Origin: Desulfobulbaceae bacterium
GTDB taxonomy: Bacteria > Desulfobacterota > Desulfobulbia > Desulfobulbales > SURF-16
Reading direction: 5' to 3'
DNA length: 64,000 nt
Assembly: GCA_020444175.1 (NCBI GenBank)
Contig: JAHLLM010000032.1
Location: 186-64,185 of the forward strand
Shown here one piece after another: positions 21,617 through 30,838 of the stretch; position 1 is the first letter of the stretch; each line of letters begins with the position of its first letter. Below the pieces are notes generated by a model that was not told the DNA's origin, did not search any database, and saw only the letters and a list, made by a program, of their open reading frames with translations. A program made the position numbers and the translations under genes.

Positions 21617-22501
21617 GTCTCAAAAAAAATATTTTTTTCTCGCTTAATACTATTCCAACATGTTGATAATTAAGAAATTATAAAAAAACCACCCTTTGTC
21701 AAATGGGGCGTATTCCCCCAACTACCACAAAGCGGCATTGGGTAGATCAACCCTGCCATTTCACACAAAATGACACCACTCACCCGGGGCATTTGCCCCG
21801 ATTTATGCATTTTCCCCCTTTAATTGGAAAAAATCCCCCTTCCTTCTCTTTCTCCATCTAGAAGGCCACACTCCTTGGCAATGAGGTTCCCAGCCATTTT
21901 CCACAACAAACAATCTTCCAGACAACAACCCGTAATAACGTAGAAAATACATTCTCCCTCCTCTCAGCACATGCGGGTCAAATTCCCCACCCAACAATCA
22001 AGTCCTCCACTTTCCCATCTTACGATGCATATTGCCTGAAAACGGAGTTTCTGATTTTTTTCAGGGGCAAATCAATTCCCATGGAACAGTGTCCTTCTTT
22101 CTTCAAACTCACTTTGAGACATACTCTGCCTCTCTCCATGGCATCTCAAGGCCGACCTGTTTCCCAAAGAACTGCAAATTCCAATTGGCACTAAAACCCA
22201 TAAACCTGTTTCTTTCGGTGTGATTTTTGCTTATCTTTGCTTATCTATAGAGCTGTTCAGCTGTACCGCACGGAGCATGCGCTTCACTCGTCGTGTGCTC
22301 AAGGGGCCGCTTACACGACCACATCTGAACAGCTGCAGTCCTGCATTCTGGTCAAACACACGTGCCCTTTTGACACGAAGGCAACCTGTCAGATATACGT
22401 TTTGGACTGTTGGTCAGCTTTGTAACTTTTAGAAAGTCCGTCAATTTTTCATAGAGTGAACGTAAAATCGGTCTATCATTTTCCGGAAGCAAGCAATGTG
22501 A

Positions 22502-24142
22502 ATGAGGAAAACTTTGAGTCTCAGAAACCTGAAGAGAAAGAAAATAAAATCGAAAAAAAACGACCAGCAAGAAGCCCAACGTTTTTTTAGTATCGCCATG
22601 GCTCATAAAACCGATGGTCGTCTTGATGAGGCAATCCTGTTTTTCAAGAAGACGCTGCAATTCAACCCCGAGCATGCCGAGGCCAGCAACAATCTCGGCA
22701 ACACCTTGCATCTCCAGGGTAAAACACATGATGCCCTCCCCTATTACCAGTCAGCCTGTGATCTTGTGCCGCTTGCCCCTGAGGTCCTTTTCAACTATGG
22801 CAGCGCCCTTTATCAGGAAGGTTATATAAACAAATCCATAGAAATACTTACCCAGGCAACCCGGATTGACGCCTCGCATTTTAAAGCCTTTGCCTCTCTG
22901 GGAGTTGCCTATCAGGCGCAAAACAACCTTGACAAAGCCTTCTCGTGTCTTGAACGCGCCATAGAGCTCAATCCACATTACCAGGAAGCCCACCGCTTTC
23001 TTGGACTTGTTTTAAAAGACCAGGGAAACATGGATGGAGCGCTTCACAAATTTCGCAGCATCCTGCGAGACGATCCTCAAGATGCATTCACCAGGTATCT
23101 GTTGTCCCGTTATACGAAATACACTTCCGAAGATGAAGCTGAAGTCCCTTTTCTGCTTTCTCTCCTTGATGCACATGATACGAGCAATGATGACGCCATT
23201 TTCCTGCACTTCAGCCTCGGTAAAATTTTTGATGACTTGAAACAGTATGAAAAGGCTTTTCATCATTATACACTTGCCAACCGAAAAAAAAGGGAGTCGC
23301 TTAACCGGATTTCAATTTCTCCGGGCATAGATCTTAAAGGCATAAAAGAGGTATTCACACCCCAGCTTTTTTCCCGCTATCACCCTGTAAGCAGTTCTGA
23401 GCTCCCGGTTTTCATCATTGGCATGCCGCGTTCCGGCACCACACTGGTTGAACAGATTTGCGCCAGCCATTCCCTGGTCCACGGGGCAGGTGAATTGAAA
23501 ATGATTCGAGGAGTGGTTGAGGGCCTTAAGGCGCAATATAAAAAGAAAGGCTACCCACACTGCTTGAATTCCCTGGCTCCGGAAACCCTGGATACAATAG
23601 CCAATACCTATCTGGAGGAGCTCAAAGCAGGCTGCCCGAAAAATATCAGCAGAATAACAGACAAGATGCCCACTAATTTTATTGAGCTTGGCTTGATACG
23701 CCTCATCTTTCCCCGGACCAAAATTATTCACTGCCTGCGTGATCCGCTGGACACATGCCTTTCCAATTTTTTCCAGAATTTTGAAGAGGGAAACGAATGT
23801 TCGTTTGACCTTGTTGAACTTGCCTACTACTACCGAAAATACAGAGAAGTGATGCAATTCTGGCAGACGGCGCTGCCAGGCAGAATTTTTGAAATTCGTT
23901 ATGAAAACCTGGTGGAAAACGTGGAGGAGGAATCAAAAAGACTTATTGACTTCCTCGGCCTGGAATGGCAGGAGAGTTGCCTTGCTTTTTTCAAGACAAA
24001 ACGGATGGTCCACACCTCAAGCGACTGGCAGGTCAGACAACCTATTTACAATAAATCCGTGCGCCGCTGGAAAAATTATGAAAAATTCCTGGAACCACTG
24101 AGCAAAGGACTGGGAGAGTATGCCGGCACGGTTGCCGGTTAA
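22502..24142 (+). CDS. TPR-repeat sulfotransferase family protein
   Basis: N-terminal TPRs; FIIGMPRSGTTLVEQI PAPS-binding loop, DKMPTNF, RDPLDTCLS, RYENLV, QVRQPIY. Confidence 0.92.
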   Translation: MRKTLSLRNLKRKKIKSKKNDQQEAQRFFSIAMAHKTDGRLDEAILFFKKTLQFNPEHAEASNNLGNTLHLQGKTHDALPYYQSACDLVPLAPEVLFNYGSALYQEGYINKSIEILTQATRIDASHFKAFASLGVAYQAQNNLDKAFSCLERAIELNPHYQEAHRFLGLVLKDQGNMDGALHKFRSILRDDPQDAFTRYLLSRYTKYTSEDEAEVPFLLSLLDAHDTSNDDAIFLHFSLGKIFDDLKQYEKAFHHYTLANRKKRESLNRISISPGIDLKGIKEVFTPQLFSRYHPVSSSELPVFIIGMPRSGTTLVEQICASHSLVHGAGELKMIRGVVEGLKAQYKKKGYPHCLNSLAPETLDTIANTYLEELKAGCPKNISRITDKMPTNFIELGLIRLIFPRTKIIHCLRDPLDTCLSNFFQNFEEGNECSFDLVELAYYYRKYREVMQFWQTALPGRIFEIRYENLVENVEEESKRLIDFLGLEWQESCLAFFKTKRMVHTSSDWQVRQPIYNKSVRRWKNYEKFLEPLSKGLGEYAGTVAG

Positions 24143-24148
24143 GATATT

Positions 24149-24251
24149 TGACGGTTTCGCAAAAACCCGCTCAACCGCCGCCGACACGTATGTAACTTGT
24201 TGATATTGCGTTGGCGGATGGTCAGCTTCAGGATTTTTTGCGAGATTGTCA
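24149..24251 (-). mobile_element. MITE family A, copy 4 (103 bp)
   Basis: TGACGGTTTCGCAAAAA...TTTTTGCGAGATTGTCA; 4-bp duplication TATT. Confidence 0.8.
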
Positions 24252-24326
24252 TATTTGCTTGTTTGCTTCGAATTTTATTTATGCATGGATAAATAAAGCT
24301 GTCCCAAAGCCGCGCATACATTTTTT

Positions 24327-24386
24327 GTAACTATTCAGCAAGAGCAAGGAATTGCTCTTAGCTCCAGAGTGTAACTGAATAGTTAC
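24327..24386. mobile_element. MITE family B, short copy
   Basis: Perfect 12-bp ends GTAACTATTCAG / CTGAATAGTTAC; ATTTTTT on both sides. Confidence 0.7.
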
Positions 24387-24415
24387 ATTTTTTTAACAAT
24401 AAAAGAGACCCAATC

Positions 24416-25858
24416 ATGACCCGAGAAAATGATCTTCTTTATTACCTGACCTGCTTTACCACCGGATTTGCCATCCTGGTCTTTGAACTCTTATCCTTTC
24501 GAATGCTGTCGCCCTATTTCGGCAACTCAAGTATTGTTATCGGCACAATTATCAACAGCATCCTGCTGGCCCTGTCTCTTGGTTATTATCTGGGCGGATA
24601 CATTGCTGACAAAAAAAAATCGAGCAAACTCATTTACTATGTCATCATATCCTCTTCCGCCTATATGTTTCTCGTCTACCTCACCTACCCCATCTTATTA
24701 AAAAGCATCGCCAAAATACCTGTTATAGCAGGATCGCTGCTTGCCATCATCATGCTCTTTTTTCTGCCCATGATACTTCTTTCTTTTGTGCCGCCTTATC
24801 TGATCAAGGTAATCTCCTCAAAGGACAATATCGGGGTAAGTTCAGGGAAAATTTTCTCCATCTCCACCTTGGGATCAATCATGGGGGGAATCTTTACCAC
24901 CTTTTTTCTCATACCCTATGCGGGAACAAAAGAAAGTATCCTGCTGACCTCAGTCCTTCTTTTTCTTCTGGGATGTGCCGGACTGAAAAGCGTCAAGCTC
25001 ATGCCGGTCCCGGCGGCCTTCTTACTTCTGGCCCCTTACGGACTTTCGGCAGGTTATGACCTGGATATCATTTATGAAGACGAATCAGTTTACAATATCA
25101 TTGCCGTGGAAGAGTATGATGGCAATAACTATTTAAAACTCAATGATCTTGCCGGACACCATTCGGTTTCAATTAATAAAAAGACCTGCCTGGCTGGAAC
25201 CTACACGGACATGCATTTATTTCCGCATATCTTTATTGATGCAGAGAAAACTCTCATATTGGGAAACGGCGCCGGCAACATCATGGAACAAGTTTCCTGT
25301 TTTTCCGGGACAAGCATTGACGGGGTTGAAATTGACAGGGAGATAACACAGGTGGGCAAGGAGTATTTCGGGCTTACTCTCAACGGCAAGAAAAAAGTCT
25401 ATCATGAAGATGCACGGGTTTTTTTACAAAAGAGCCAGACAAGATATGACGTTATCCACGTTGACCTTTTCGCCGGCAATCCATACATTCCCTTCCACCT
25501 CTCAACAGTGGAGTTTTTCCAGCAGATACACGACGCCCTTGAAGACCAAGGAGCCATGGTGGTCAATTACCCGAAGTTTCTGGCAAAGGATAAAGAGTTA
25601 TCCGACTTTTATCTGGGAACCATAGCCCAAGTATTTCCAACAACATTTCTTTCAGATGAGGCATTATTTTCTTTTAAAACGGATATTTCCGCACAGCAAG
25701 TCATGGACCAAGTGAGCTCGCGGCAACCAAGCGGCAGTCTTTTCATCGTTGCCAGAGATGCACTTGCCAAATTTGAGAAAATAGAACCAGGATCAAAGTC
25801 TTTCACCGACGACTATGCCCCAATTGAAATGCTGACCTACAAAGCATTGAAGAGATAG
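24416..25858 (+). CDS. fused membrane domain / spermidine-synthase-like SAM-dependent enzyme
   Basis: About seven hydrophobic helices (ELLSFRMLSPYFG, STLGSIMG), then LILGNGAG, GVEID, EDARVFL, YDVIHVDLF, FTDDYAP. Confidence 0.88.
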   Translation: MTRENDLLYYLTCFTTGFAILVFELLSFRMLSPYFGNSSIVIGTIINSILLALSLGYYLGGYIADKKKSSKLIYYVIISSSAYMFLVYLTYPILLKSIAKIPVIAGSLLAIIMLFFLPMILLSFVPPYLIKVISSKDNIGVSSGKIFSISTLGSIMGGIFTTFFLIPYAGTKESILLTSVLLFLLGCAGLKSVKLMPVPAAFLLLAPYGLSAGYDLDIIYEDESVYNIIAVEEYDGNNYLKLNDLAGHHSVSINKKTCLAGTYTDMHLFPHIFIDAEKTLILGNGAGNIMEQVSCFSGTSIDGVEIDREITQVGKEYFGLTLNGKKKVYHEDARVFLQKSQTRYDVIHVDLFAGNPYIPFHLSTVEFFQQIHDALEDQGAMVVNYPKFLAKDKELSDFYLGTIAQVFPTTFLSDEALFSFKTDISAQQVMDQVSSRQPSGSLFIVARDALAKFEKIEPGSKSFTDDYAPIEMLTYKALKR

Positions 25859-25967
25859 GGAGGGGAAGAGAATATCGAATGTTGAACAAGGAATGTCGAA
25901 TGTCAAAGTGAAATATCACTTCTGCTGTTCGACATCCCCTGTTCATTATTCTGCGGGTCGTTTCTTG

Positions 25968-26963
25968 TTAACTCAGGGTCCGCTCAATCTTGGCATTCTT
26001 TTTCAGATCTTCCAGGTAGGTATTGAATTTTTTCTCAATCTCCTGTTGTTTGAGCCACGGTATCAATTTTTCTTTAACCTCATCAAAAGTCATTGTGCCT
26101 TCAGCTTTCTTGTCGGTCAGTTTGATAATATGGTAGCCGAATTTCGTTTCCACCACATCGCTCACATCACCCACATTCATTGAGAAAGCGGCATCCTCAA
26201 AAGGTTTGACCATCTGGCCTTTGCCGAAAAAGCCGAGGTCGCCGCCATTGGCACTGCTGGGACAGGAAGAATTGGTTTTAGCAAGCTCTGCAAAATCACC
26301 GCCATCCTTAATCTGCTTGCCAACGCTCTCAATCTTTTCATGAGCTTCTTTCTTTGTGGCTTCATCCGCATTTTCATCTACGGAAACAAGGATATGACTG
26401 GCCTTAACCTGCTCAGGCTGTTTGAACATATCCTGGTTCTCGGCATAAAATTTCTCTGCATCTTTATCAGTGACAACCGTGGTTTCGGTAAATTCAACTT
26501 TTAAAATATCCTGCAGTTTTTTCAGGGCCATGCTTTTTTCTATTTCAGCCTTCATCTCTTCTTCAGAAACCTGTTTCTCTTTTAAAAAGTCCTGAAACGC
26601 GGCCTCATCGGGAAACTGTTTTTTAAACCCGGCAACCGTATCGTCAACCTCTTTTGGATCAATAACGATACCCTGCTTGCTGCTCTGCTGATGAAGCAGT
26701 TCAACATTGATTAAGCGATCAAGGACCTTATCGTTCAGCTCAGTCATTTTAGCAGGATCCGATTCCTGCCAGCCGACTTTGGCAAACTGCTCTTTGGCGG
26801 CTAAAAGATTCCTGTCAAATTCCTCTTTACTGATTTTTACACCGTTGACAGTGGCCACACTGTCATCCTCTGCAGCACCAGCTCCTGTCACGCTCACAAC
26901 AAAAAACATTGAGAGCATAAGAAGGGTTGCTATCAGATTTTTTCTCCAGACTGTTTTTTTCAT
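25968..26963 (-). CDS. peptidyl-prolyl cis-trans isomerase, PpiC/SurA-PrsA type
   Basis: Start ATG 26963 (AGGAG RBS); signal peptide; canonical ASHILV, GGDLGFF, MVKPFEDAAF, FGYHII. Confidence 0.93.
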   Translation of the reverse strand: MKKTVWRKNLIATLLMLSMFFVVSVTGAGAAEDDSVATVNGVKISKEEFDRNLLAAKEQFAKVGWQESDPAKMTELNDKVLDRLINVELLHQQSSKQGIVIDPKEVDDTVAGFKKQFPDEAAFQDFLKEKQVSEEEMKAEIEKSMALKKLQDILKVEFTETTVVTDKDAEKFYAENQDMFKQPEQVKASHILVSVDENADEATKKEAHEKIESVGKQIKDGGDFAELAKTNSSCPSSANGGDLGFFGKGQMVKPFEDAAFSMNVGDVSDVVETKFGYHIIKLTDKKAEGTMTFDEVKEKLIPWLKQQEIEKKFNTYLEDLKKNAKIERTLS

Positions 26964-27367
26964 GATTTCTCCTAACCCAGATGAACTGGTTGATTGAGAT
27001 TTGGTTCTTTTCAGTTTGTGCAGTTGGAGAATAGGATCATCCAAAAATGCCCAGGCAACTGAAACGCAAAAAGCTTTAGTGTCTCATAACGAAACTGAAT
27101 GCCATAAATTCCTAATGGATTCGCACTGTCAATCCATGATCCTTCCCTCTTCAAAAAAAGCAAGAGGAGCCCCCCAACATTGGCTTGACACTTAACTCTG
27201 CGAAATGATAGAAAATGAAAGACATCAGCAAAAAAGATATTTATACATAGTTACTTATGTTGTGGAAATAGACAACATTTTCCGTTAAAGGTTTCAAGTT
27301 CTACAAAAAAAGATACAGAACATCAATACGGAGTGTGAAGTTAAGATTCAACAGGAGGGAACTTTCA

Positions 27368-28546
27368 ATGGTATCACTTTCGCAAATGCTTTGTTTTATT
27401 TTCACTTTTTTTCTTTCAGGTGCTCTGGCCTCAACGGGATTTGCCCATAACCCTATTCTTGACAAAGGAAAAGACAAACACAAAGACCCAGAGAAGCTGA
27501 TGAACAAGAGTTCCTTCTGTATTGAATGCCATCAAGAAGAAACTCCTGGAATTTTTGAAGAATGGCTGAAATCAACCCATGCCAGAACAGGAGTGGGCTG
27601 TGCCGATTGTCATGCCACAGACGCGAAAGAATATGATACTTTTCTCCATGCAGAAAAACATTATATACGGACCGTTGTCAGCCCGATAATTTGCGCCAAA
27701 TGCCACAAAGACATACAGCGCGACTACTTCACAAGCGGTCATGCACAAGCTCTTGAGGTTCTGAAAACTATAAAAGAGGATGATCCCAGGTTTCCAGTCG
27801 TCTCTCTTTATAAGGATGATAACTTCCAGCAATGCTCCGGTTGTCACGGCGGCGAGGTCGCACTTGACGACAACCATCTTCCGGATGAGGCTACCTGGCC
27901 TGATAGCGGAGCCGGACGCATCAACCCCAATACAAGTCACGGCAACTGCTCTTCATGTCATCTCGGTCACCGCTTCTCCTCTGCAGCCGCCCGCCAGCCG
28001 GAAACATGCCTTCGCTGCCACGACGGCAGGAACTACCCGGAAGGAGATATCTACCGCAGTTCTGCCCACGGAATGGTTTATGCCACTCAGACAGACAAAG
28101 AAAACCTTGGAAAACTTGGATTTTACTTTACCGGCAAAGACATGGTTGCCCCCACCTGCGCTTTTTGCCATTTCAACGGATCAGGACATGGCCAGCGGAC
28201 CCGCCACAATGGAGCATGGCGTCTGCCCCGGGATCTCACCCACCCGGAAGCCCCCATGGCCCCTAAAAATGCCGACAAACTGCGAAGCAACATGAAAGCA
28301 GTGTGCAACCAGTGCCATGCCAAAACTGTTATTAATCGCTTTTTTGATAATGCGGACAAAAGACTTGCCGAATATCAGGAAAAAACGGTACAGCCAAAAC
28401 TGAAAGAATACCGCCGCAAACTTGCGGAAGTAAAAGAAGGGACTGAGCGGGAAAATATCATTAAAGAGTACACACGATTTCTTGCTGAGGGTAAACGCTA
28501 TCGCATGAATCTCTATATGGGAAATATCGGGCGCACCCAGAGATAG
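27368..28546 (+). CDS. octaheme cytochrome of the hydroxylamine oxidoreductase (HAO)-like family, short C-terminus
   Basis: Start ATG 27368 after AGGAGG; signal peptide; CIECH, CADCH, CAKCH, CSGCH, CSSCH, CLRCH, CAFCH, CNQCH with WP.SG.GRINP, HRFS...AR.PETC and APTCA spacing. Confidence 0.82.
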   Translation: MVSLSQMLCFIFTFFLSGALASTGFAHNPILDKGKDKHKDPEKLMNKSSFCIECHQEETPGIFEEWLKSTHARTGVGCADCHATDAKEYDTFLHAEKHYIRTVVSPIICAKCHKDIQRDYFTSGHAQALEVLKTIKEDDPRFPVVSLYKDDNFQQCSGCHGGEVALDDNHLPDEATWPDSGAGRINPNTSHGNCSSCHLGHRFSSAAARQPETCLRCHDGRNYPEGDIYRSSAHGMVYATQTDKENLGKLGFYFTGKDMVAPTCAFCHFNGSGHGQRTRHNGAWRLPRDLTHPEAPMAPKNADKLRSNMKAVCNQCHAKTVINRFFDNADKRLAEYQEKTVQPKLKEYRRKLAEVKEGTERENIIKEYTRFLAEGKRYRMNLYMGNIGRTQR

Positions 28547-28647
28547 GTCACAAGGCTTCTCAGCCTGCAACTCTGTTTTTACCACCAAGTTCACGAAGAG
28601 AAAAACTCGTATTCTTCGTGGGCTTGGTGTTTTTTAAGCATATTCGT

Positions 28648-28701
28648 ATCTATTCTGCGAAGGCTCGAAATGGGCCTCAACTCCAGGCCGTAACTATTCA
28701 G
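28648..28701 (+). repeat. partial MITE family B
   Basis: Matches 9757-9810 and ends in GTAACTATTCAG. Confidence 0.65.
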
Positions 28702-28706
28702 CTTAA

Positions 28707-30440
28707 ATGAACGGCAATGAGACGTGCATGTCAAAAAAGATAAAAAAGCTTGCCCGAAAAAAAAATCTCAGAAAACCTATCTTGCCGGATGGCAAAACGG
28801 ATACGCTCTTTCAACTGGCCGTACAGCACCACCAGGCAGGAAGATTCCTGGAAGCTGAGCAGCTTTATCAAAAGGTGCTTGCCAGCCATCCAAACCATGC
28901 CGATGCCAATCATTTTCTTGGACTTATTGCCCATCAGATGGATAAGAACGACACAGCTGTGCGGCTTATCAAAAAGGCAATTCGTGCCAACCCCCGCCTT
29001 GCTAATGCCCATAACAGCCTGGGTGCCGTTTATAGAAAAACAGGCAAACTGAAAGATGCGCTCACCCATTACAAAAGAGCCATCACACTACAGGCCGATT
29101 TTGCCGAGGCTCACAGCAACCTTGGCAACGTTTTTAACGAACTTGGACTTTTCGATGAGGCAATTGACTCGTACCGAAAAGCGCTGGCCATAAATCCCAA
29201 TGACAGTGAGGCCCACTCCAGCCTTATTTTTGCCTTAAACTATCACCCCGACGTCAGCCCTGAAGATATCTACAAGGAATCAGTGAGCTGGTCAAAACAT
29301 CACAGCAGACAACGAAATGACAATGAAACCACAACAGAGAAGCGGGCTTCCAAACGACTATTAAGGATAGGCTACGTATCCCCTGATTTTTATCATCACC
29401 CGGTAGGCCGCTTTCTCCTGCCTGTTCTGCAAGAACACGACCGCAGCGCATTTGAAATTTTCTGTTATTCAAACACCTCAAAAAATGATGCCTGGACAGA
29501 AAAAATAAGAGCAAACTGCGATCACTGGTTTGACATCACCAGTAAAACTGATGACGCAACGTGCAAGCAAATAACAGAAGACAGGATAGATTTACTTATT
29601 GATCTTGCCGGCCACAGCGGAGGAAACCGGCTCGGCATTTTTTCGGGCAGGGCGGCACCTGTTCAGGCCAACTGGCTTGGCTACGTGAATACAACCGGCC
29701 TTGCTGCCATGGATTACCGAATTACGGATGACATTGTCGACCCTCCGGGCAGTTCCGAGAATCATTACACCGAAAGCCTGATACGTCTCCCTGACGGTTT
29801 CTTTTGTTTTTCGCCACCCGAACAATCCCCGAAAATAGTGGAACCGCCTGCCCAGAAAACAGGCATGGTTACCTTTGGCTCAACAAATAACATCAGCAAA
29901 CTCAACTCAAATGTTATTTCTCTCTGGTCACAAATTCTGGTCTCAATCCCTAAGTCCAGGCTGCTGATAAGAAGCAAGGCCTGTACAGATGCTGCAGTGA
30001 GGAAAAACCTCCTTGCCCAATTCTGCAGAAGAGGAGTGGCCGCCCATTGTATTGAATTTCTGCAAGGGACCACCTTTGACAATTACCTCAGAGCCTATAA
30101 CGAAATCGATATTTGCCTCGATACTTTCCCCCATAACGGACACACAGTCTCATGTGACGCACTGTGGATGGGGTGCCCCATCATTACCTTGCGGGGAAAC
30201 CGTTATGCTGGACGAATGGGGGCCGATCTGCTCAGCCGGCTCGATCTTGCTGAGCTTATAGCGGAAACAGAAAAACAATACATCGACATTGCAACGGCAC
30301 TTGCTGGTGATCTCAACCGACTTGCCATGTTAAGGAGTGAAATACGCCCCCGCTTTCTCCATTCTTCACTTTGTGATGCAAAACGTTTTACCCATTCTCT
30401 TGAGACGGCGTTTCAAAAGATAATTAAAGAGAAATATTAA
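28707..30440 (+). CDS. TPR-repeat O-GlcNAc transferase-like glycosyltransferase (GT41/SPINDLY family)
   Basis: TPRs, then RIGYVSPDF..HPVG, DLAGHS, APVQANWLGY..TTGL, LDTFP.NG..DALWMGCP; start could be 28728. Confidence 0.9.
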   Translation: MNGNETCMSKKIKKLARKKNLRKPILPDGKTDTLFQLAVQHHQAGRFLEAEQLYQKVLASHPNHADANHFLGLIAHQMDKNDTAVRLIKKAIRANPRLANAHNSLGAVYRKTGKLKDALTHYKRAITLQADFAEAHSNLGNVFNELGLFDEAIDSYRKALAINPNDSEAHSSLIFALNYHPDVSPEDIYKESVSWSKHHSRQRNDNETTTEKRASKRLLRIGYVSPDFYHHPVGRFLLPVLQEHDRSAFEIFCYSNTSKNDAWTEKIRANCDHWFDITSKTDDATCKQITEDRIDLLIDLAGHSGGNRLGIFSGRAAPVQANWLGYVNTTGLAAMDYRITDDIVDPPGSSENHYTESLIRLPDGFFCFSPPEQSPKIVEPPAQKTGMVTFGSTNNISKLNSNVISLWSQILVSIPKSRLLIRSKACTDAAVRKNLLAQFCRRGVAAHCIEFLQGTTFDNYLRAYNEIDICLDTFPHNGHTVSCDALWMGCPIITLRGNRYAGRMGADLLSRLDLAELIAETEKQYIDIATALAGDLNRLAMLRSEIRPRFLHSSLCDAKRFTHSLETAFQKIIKEKY

Positions 30441-30653
30441 ATTTGGGTATTTCACCCCTATTTTTTTCAAATTGGGCAATTAACCCGCCAAGCATTGCGG
30501 ACATTCCCCCTACATGATACCCTGTGGCATGCCCAACAAAGCGTGAAATGAAGCTTATTGTGTTGAAAAAATTTTTTTCCCCGCCTCTAACCCCCTGACA
30601 TAAAAAGACAAGACAAAAACCATTGGGTAATTCACCCGCCACCTTCCCATCCA

Positions 30654-30669
30654 AGGCACACTGCTTGCT
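30654..30669 (+). promoter_or_regulatory. sigma54 (-24/-12) promoter
   Basis: AGGCACACTGCTTGCT = GG-N10-GC, ~170 nt upstream of ATG 30839. Confidence 0.75.
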
Positions 30670-30838
30670 ATAAAGCTCATGTGAGTTCCCCACTCATGAA
30701 GTGCGCGTTACTAGTTGTGTGATTTCTCTACACCAATTGGATTGGGTGCAAAATGAATGGACCCGGTCGGCACACCCCCCAAAGCTGCTATCAAATGGTG
30801 TTGAAAAATCAAAAAAAAGAAAACTTAAGGAGTTAAAA

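Noticed and set aside
28544-28693. Pyrrolysine or other readthrough of the TAG ending the HAO-like gene
   Set aside because: The frame stays open for ~48 codons but runs through two repeat elements and shows no recognisable HAO sequence.
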